Below are positions 58,913 to 64,000 of a stretch of DNA of 64,000 bases, piece by piece (the stretch's first letter is position 1; the number at the start of each line of letters is the position of its first letter). Source of the DNA: Thermoproteota archaeon. Lineage in GTDB: Archaea > Korarchaeota > Korarchaeia > Korarchaeales > Korarchaeaceae. A program made the position numbers and the translations under genes. The notes beneath the pieces were generated by a model. That model was not told the origin of the DNA and did not search any database. It was given only the letters and a program-made list of their open reading frames with translations. The DNA lies in contig JALSOH010000009.1 in assembly GCA_026986575.1 (NCBI GenBank), forward strand, positions 64,001 to 128,000, in the 5' to 3' direction.

Positions 58913-60121
58913 ATGGTAGATCCCGTACTGAGTTTCGCTATCTCGGTGGCTATACTCGTAGGACTTCTGATCAGGAAGCAGGAGGTTCACGTTGCGATAA
59001 TGGCTTCCACCTTGGTGTTCGGCCTGCTCACCTTAGGGGCGGGGATGATAGACTCCACCGTTAAGGGGATCCTCACCTACTCCACTCTGAAGCTGTTCAT
59101 AGCCTTCTTCTCGGCCCTGTTCCTCTCCTACATGATGAAGATCGCTGGAATCCTCGATAAGATGACTCGGCTGTTCGCCAGCCTGAGCTGCAACTTCGCC
59201 TCCATATTCGTCCCTTCTCTGGTGGGACTCATTCCCATGCCCGGCGGCGCCTTGGTTTCAGCCATGATGCTCAAGGAGCACTACTTGGAGAGGCAGGGGC
59301 TGGATAGCGACTTCGCCTCCTTTCTAAACTACTGGTTCAGGCACATATGGGTGCCCGTCTGGCCCCTGTTCCAGGCTCTCATACTGACTGCAGTCATACT
59401 AAACACACCTATAGTGAGGGTAATTGAATCAACCTTTCCCGCAGCGATCGCGACGATAGGGGCGGGCCTAATCATCTCCTACCCACTATTGAGGAGGAGA
59501 GCAAGGAGTTGTGAGGAGAGGGTTGGCAGCAGGTGGAAACTAGTGGTAGCGGGATGGCCCTTCCTCCTCGTCGTGATCCTAGTCTTCGTGGTGAGGCTCC
59601 CTGTAGAGTTCGCCCTCCTGATCACTGCCTTGGCGACCGCAGCATATGCGAGACCCTCCAAGGACAGGCTGGTGGAGGGTGTGAGGTTCGCCCTCTCCCC
59701 CAAGATCCTCTTGGTGATAGTGGCGGTTATGATGTACAGGCAGTACGTGTTCGACAGCCGTTCAGCCGATGCCCTCCTGAACTTCATGGTCTCCCATGGT
59801 ATTCCGATAATGCCCGTAGTTTTCACCCTCCCCTTCGTCATAGGCGCCACTACTGCTGGGGAGTTCGTGTTCGCCGGGACCGCTTTTCCCCTCCTGATCA
59901 ATGTGCTGGGGACCGGTAAGGCGATAAATGACCTGGCGCTTCTGGTGGGATATACAGGGGGCTACATAGGGGTCATGCTCTCCCCCGTGCACCTCTGCCT
60001 AATACTTACACTGGAACACTACGGTGGGAGGTATTCAGGCGTCTACAAGTACTTAGTGCCTGCCTCCATTCTATCCGTGATGATCTCCCTCGCTCTGGGG
60101 GTGGTCCTGTGGGGAAGGTGA
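58913..60121 (+). CDS. DUF401 family membrane transporter (ion-transporter superfamily)
   Basis: GLIPMPGGALVSA, NYWFRHIW, MLSPVHLCL. Confidence 0.88.
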   Translation: MVDPVLSFAISVAILVGLLIRKQEVHVAIMASTLVFGLLTLGAGMIDSTVKGILTYSTLKLFIAFFSALFLSYMMKIAGILDKMTRLFASLSCNFASIFVPSLVGLIPMPGGALVSAMMLKEHYLERQGLDSDFASFLNYWFRHIWVPVWPLFQALILTAVILNTPIVRVIESTFPAAIATIGAGLIISYPLLRRRARSCEERVGSRWKLVVAGWPFLLVVILVFVVRLPVEFALLITALATAAYARPSKDRLVEGVRFALSPKILLVIVAVMMYRQYVFDSRSADALLNFMVSHGIPIMPVVFTLPFVIGATTAGEFVFAGTAFPLLINVLGTGKAINDLALLVGYTGGYIGVMLSPVHLCLILTLEHYGGRYSGVYKYLVPASILSVMISLALGVVLWGR

Positions 60122-61350
60122 GGATCCTCTACGGGGACAGGCCCATACACCTCGATATCCCGGATGAGAATCTGCTGGGGGTCTACGGTATAAAGGTCCC
60201 TCCTCAAGTTGATGTGGACGAAATGCTGGAGAAGGCACTGGATTCTCCGGTTAACAGCGATCGGTTGGAGGAGATCAGGGCTTCCGAGGTGCTCATAGTG
60301 GTGAACGACTCCGCCAGGCTCACCCCCACTCCTAAGATGCTGGATCACGTCCTTCCTAGGTTGGAGGGGGATGTAAGGATCATAGTCGCCACAGGGACCC
60401 ACAGGCCACCTACCGAGGGGGAGTACAGGGGGTTGATACTGGGACACCACTACGACAGGCTGAGGAGGGTGACGACATATCATGACTCGAAGAGAAGCGA
60501 GTTCACCGATCTGGGAAGGACTGCGAGGGGAACCCCCATCCTGATAAACTCGGAGGTCTTCAGAAACGATCTCGTAATCACTTTGGGTTCGATAGAGCCC
60601 CACTACTTCGCTGGCTATACTGGAGGTAGGAAGAGCATCGCACCAGGCCTGTGTGCCTACGAATGCGTCGAGGCAAACCACAAGATGGCGCTCCTTCCCG
60701 AGGCGGCTCTGGGAAGGCTCAGGGGAAACCCGCTGCACGAGGATCTGGAGGAGATGGTCAGGAGGGTGGCGGGAAGGGTTAAGGTCTTCTCCCTGAATGT
60801 GGCCATCACCGGTGAGGGGAGGACGTGGGCCGCTAGGTCAGGCGACATATTCGACTCCTTCTATTCCCTCGTCGAGGAGGTTGAGAGCAGGTACTCGGTG
60901 GAGCTGCCCGAGCAGGCGGACATAGTTGTGGCCGTGGCCCCAGGAGAGATGGGAATAGACCTCTATCAGTCCCACAAGGCGCTGGAGGCTGCCAAGCCCT
61001 TGGTGAGGGAGGGCGGCGTGGTCATACTCGTCGCGCCCTGCTGGGACGGCATCGGACCCAGAAACTTCTACGACCTCCTGGCCGGAAGGAGCAGGGAGGA
61101 GATCAAGGAATATGTCTGGAAGAATTACAGGCTCGGCTATCACAAGTCCGCGAAGATAGTGGAGCTACTGGATAGGGCGGAGGTGTACGCGGTTACCTAC
61201 TTGAGCCCGGAGGTCCTCGAGAGGATAGGATTCAAGCCTTTCTCCAGTCCGCAGGAGGCGTTGAACGAGGCCCTGGCCAAGGTGGGCGGGAAGGTGGCCG
61301 TCCTGCCCGAGGCGAGTTTGGTCGTGCCCCGGCTGAGGACTAAACGTTAA
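60109..61350 (+). CDS. larA: Nickel-dependent lactate racemase family (LarA) protein
   Basis: VNDSARLTP, ATGTHR, GRTARGTP, PHYFAGYTGGRKS, DLYQSHK. Confidence 0.88.
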   Translation: MGKVRILYGDRPIHLDIPDENLLGVYGIKVPPQVDVDEMLEKALDSPVNSDRLEEIRASEVLIVVNDSARLTPTPKMLDHVLPRLEGDVRIIVATGTHRPPTEGEYRGLILGHHYDRLRRVTTYHDSKRSEFTDLGRTARGTPILINSEVFRNDLVITLGSIEPHYFAGYTGGRKSIAPGLCAYECVEANHKMALLPEAALGRLRGNPLHEDLEEMVRRVAGRVKVFSLNVAITGEGRTWAARSGDIFDSFYSLVEEVESRYSVELPEQADIVVAVAPGEMGIDLYQSHKALEAAKPLVREGGVVILVAPCWDGIGPRNFYDLLAGRSREEIKEYVWKNYRLGYHKSAKIVELLDRAEVYAVTYLSPEVLERIGFKPFSSPQEALNEALAKVGGKVAVLPEASLVVPRLRTKR

Positions 61351-61382
61351 ATTTTTGGTTCATATGGGAGAGAAGACGAGGG

Positions 61383-63815
61383 ATGAAGAGAGCCCTGCTC
61401 CTAGCGTTAATAGCCATCACCCTGCTCCACGCCAGAGCGCAGATACCGGGCATCGAGGTGGCATTGGAACCTAGTACCATCGGTCCATCCGGCCTAGTCA
61501 ACGTCACGGTGGCCTTGACCGGTGGATTGCCCCAAGGCACGTACTACACCGTGAAGGTGGAGGTAATAGATGATGGAACGCTGATCCGGAAGGAGAGATC
61601 CTTTGTCTCCACAGGTACGTCTGAGGTGCATCACTTCTCACTCACGGCGCCCTCTAAACCCGGCGTTTATCCAGTGAGGGTGATCCTCTCCTACCCCAAC
61701 GCTAATGTGACCGAGAACGTGACCCTGACCGTGATCCCCACCTTGAGGGATGTCACGCAGCTGGCAACCTCCCTCGCCGATTTGGACGACAAATTGGACA
61801 AGCTGAAGGCGGTCAGGCTGAACGAGACCGAGCTCTCAGCCCTTCTCACTAAGAGAGCTGAGATGGCGGAGCAGTTCGGTGAGCTCGTTAGGCTCCTTGT
61901 GGAGGGGAGGGAACCTCTCAGGGCCGCGGAGCTCTACGGGAACATTTCCTCGACGATGGAGGAGATGAACGAACGAATAAGGAAGCTGTGGAGCATAGAG
62001 CTTGTTGTCTGGTCTGTATCGAGCAGCATGGACTCCTCCCTTAAGATGCCCACCGGCATAAGCGTCGAGTTCTGGTATAGGTTGGTGACCGCCTCCCTCT
62101 GGGTCATACTCCTCCTGCTCGCTCTCTTCCCTCTCTACACCACCGGCTACATAACACTCACCTATTACTTGGTTTCGGAGATGGAGGAGGCGGAGAGCAG
62201 CGAGGTGATAAACGAGGCTAACCAGAGGGCCCTCAGAATACTGGAAAGGGCTTTTGATCAGATAAAGGAGGTCTCGGATCCCAAATCGATGATAATGACG
62301 TCTCTAGCCAGCGCTCTAGCTGCCGTGGGACTGATGGCGGACAACGTGTACGCGATCATAGGCTCGATGCTCCTCTCCCCCCTGATGGGCGCCATCGTGG
62401 CCGGGGCTGTAGGGTTAGCTCTCATAGACGTGAGGAGGGAGGAGGTCACTGGTTTGGACCTCTTCTACACCGGACTGAAGGTGGGGTTGGAGGGCCTCCT
62501 CTTGGTAATCGTTCTCTCTTGGATGACTTCGGCCCTCGCTGGTTCCTACGTCCCCCTCCAGATCACGAGGGAGCTGGCCGCTAGGGGAAGCCCTAATCTG
62601 GTTGATCTGGCCATAGCCTTGGCTGCGGGATTCGCCGGCTCAGTTGCCATGATGCACGAAAGGGCTGAGGCTGCGCTGGTAGGTTCGGCCATAGCCATAG
62701 CTCTAGTACCACCGGCCGCCGCCGTGGGAGTGTCGCTGGCGATGCTCAACCCCTCGCTCTTCGTTGGCTCTGCCACCTTGGTAGCTGTGAACGTGATCGC
62801 CTTGATAGCTGCTGGCTACATCTCGGCGAAGTTCTACGCCATATACCCCGTGATAGATCGCGTTTTCCATGAGTTCATGGAGTCCTTCAGTGAGGTGTCT
62901 GGAAGAGTTGCTAGGACGAGCGCTGAGGTCCTTTTGAGGGCCATGGGTTCCTTCATCGTGGCGGTCGTGTGGTTCCTCTCCCTCTGGGTGAAGGTGTCGG
63001 TGGGCCTGCTCGGGACCAAGTCCCCCGGAGAGGCCTTAAAGGCCATAGGCAGGAAAGTAGCTTTCGTTCTCCTGCCTATAGTCCTGAGCTGGCTGTTTGG
63101 CGTCGTGATTTCTACCAATGCCTCCGCCCTCTTCTCAATCGCTCACGACTCCCTCCTTGGAATTATCGCTTTTATATCCTCCATCCTCCCCCTCAGTCTG
63201 TTAACACCCAATGTGGCTTTCTTCCTCGCTCTCATTGCCTCGGCAGCCTTCCTCAGGCTGATGACCCTCGAGGCGGTGAGGGCCAGGGAGACCGGAAGCT
63301 GGAAGAGCAGGGCCAGGGTCTTTGGCTATGCTTTCCTGTTCTGGCTCACGTCCGGCTACATCTTGGGAATCAACAGGTTCACCCACGTCAGTGCAGGATA
63401 TACACTTCTCGTCATAGCGTTCGTCACCGTTTATTCGAACAAGTTCCTCTGGGAGAGGAGGAAGAGGATCGCCCTCTACGCCTTCATAATCTTCACATTC
63501 CTCACCCTCATGATCCACAGCGCCGCGGCGTTCGAGTCGATGAGGGCTGCTGAGACCCTCTCGACGGGCAATGTGATGAAGGTTGTGAAGGAGATAATCG
63601 CCTCCTATGCTGGCGTGTTGCCGGAGAATGTTAACGTTTCCCTGACCTCTAGAGGGGCGGAGTGGGTGCTTAGAGCCAAGATATATGTGAGCGAGACGAG
63701 GTTCAAACAGGGACCGGTGATGACCCCCGCGGTGGTGAAGGCAGCTGAGGAAACGGTGAGACACGCCTTGGGAACGGATGTGAGGCTGGTGGTGGAGTAC
63801 GCCCTGACACCCTAA
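61383..63815 (+). CDS. DUF389-domain membrane protein with N-terminal Ig-like/coiled-coil and C-terminal TM extensions
   Basis: IIGSMLLSPLMG, DLAIALAAG, GSAIAIALVPPAA; signal peptide and PSKPGVYPVRV Ig-like domain. Confidence 0.85.
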   Translation: MKRALLLALIAITLLHARAQIPGIEVALEPSTIGPSGLVNVTVALTGGLPQGTYYTVKVEVIDDGTLIRKERSFVSTGTSEVHHFSLTAPSKPGVYPVRVILSYPNANVTENVTLTVIPTLRDVTQLATSLADLDDKLDKLKAVRLNETELSALLTKRAEMAEQFGELVRLLVEGREPLRAAELYGNISSTMEEMNERIRKLWSIELVVWSVSSSMDSSLKMPTGISVEFWYRLVTASLWVILLLLALFPLYTTGYITLTYYLVSEMEEAESSEVINEANQRALRILERAFDQIKEVSDPKSMIMTSLASALAAVGLMADNVYAIIGSMLLSPLMGAIVAGAVGLALIDVRREEVTGLDLFYTGLKVGLEGLLLVIVLSWMTSALAGSYVPLQITRELAARGSPNLVDLAIALAAGFAGSVAMMHERAEAALVGSAIAIALVPPAAAVGVSLAMLNPSLFVGSATLVAVNVIALIAAGYISAKFYAIYPVIDRVFHEFMESFSEVSGRVARTSAEVLLRAMGSFIVAVVWFLSLWVKVSVGLLGTKSPGEALKAIGRKVAFVLLPIVLSWLFGVVISTNASALFSIAHDSLLGIIAFISSILPLSLLTPNVAFFLALIASAAFLRLMTLEAVRARETGSWKSRARVFGYAFLFWLTSGYILGINRFTHVSAGYTLLVIAFVTVYSNKFLWERRKRIALYAFIIFTFLTLMIHSAAAFESMRAAETLSTGNVMKVVKEIIASYAGVLPENVNVSLTSRGAEWVLRAKIYVSETRFKQGPVMTPAVVKAAEETVRHALGTDVRLVVEYALTP

Positions 63816-63824
63816 GGTGATGGC

Positions 63825-64000
63825 ATGCTGTGGATAGATGTGGTGAACGAACCTCACGTCAGGCTCTGGAGGAGGTTCCTCCGTAGGTATCCTCAGGAGG
63901 CGCTGGTGACGGTAAGGAGGAAGGGACCTCTGGTGGAACTGACCCGCAGGCTGCTGGGCCGGGACTTTCTGGTGGTAGGAAGGTGGGGTCGCACCAAGGA
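63825..64000 (+). CDS. DUF354 family (GT-B-like) protein, 3'-truncated
   Basis: Not in the ORF track. ATG 63825 reads MLWIDVVNEPHVRLWRRF...VTVR...VVGRWG and is open to the window end. Confidence 0.75.
   Translation, partial: MLWIDVVNEPHVRLWRRFLRRYPQEALVTVRRKGPLVELTRRLLGRDFLVVGRWGRTK

Overview
Gene-dense window from a GC-moderate, probably thermophilic archaeon. Evidence: GGAGG/GGTGA ribosome-binding sites, TATA-like promoters, AGG/ATA codon preference, and many PIN, MNT-HEPN and DUF3782-type genes. The gene style is Korarchaeota-like, but the taxonomy is inference only. Contents in order: (1) a 5'-truncated MglA/Cvn-like small GTPase; (2) a BlaI-like repressor plus M48 protease divergent from an ABC exporter, with two clear TACTAC-N5-GTAGTA operators; (3) a glycerophosphodiester/glycerol-3-phosphate catabolic cluster interrupted by a toxin-antitoxin island; (4) a minimal IscS/IscU/TusA-like Fe-S cluster; (5) a 13-kb four-gene surface-protein operon (722, 252, 3251 and about 137 aa); (6) PEP carboxykinase; (7) a wHTH protein plus AAA+ ATPase/PD-(D/E)XK two-gene unit; (8) a second ABC exporter; (9) a Liv-type ABC importer bracketed by two convergent DUF3782-type coiled-coil nuclease genes; (10) a stand-alone degenerate Csx1-like gene; (11) a DUF401-LarA-DUF389-DUF354 run. 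No rRNA, tRNA, CRISPR array or transposase was recognised. The most striking signal is the surface operon. The 3251-aa protein contains a circularly permuted copy of the 722-aa protein joined at a shared (I/V)VGVDP motif, and it ends in a cytoplasmic PIN-like tail. This suggests an undescribed head-to-tail polymerising filament or adhesin system. The second-best candidate is the ATPase-nuclease pair, a possible defence module. All family calls were made by eye from motifs; no searches were run.
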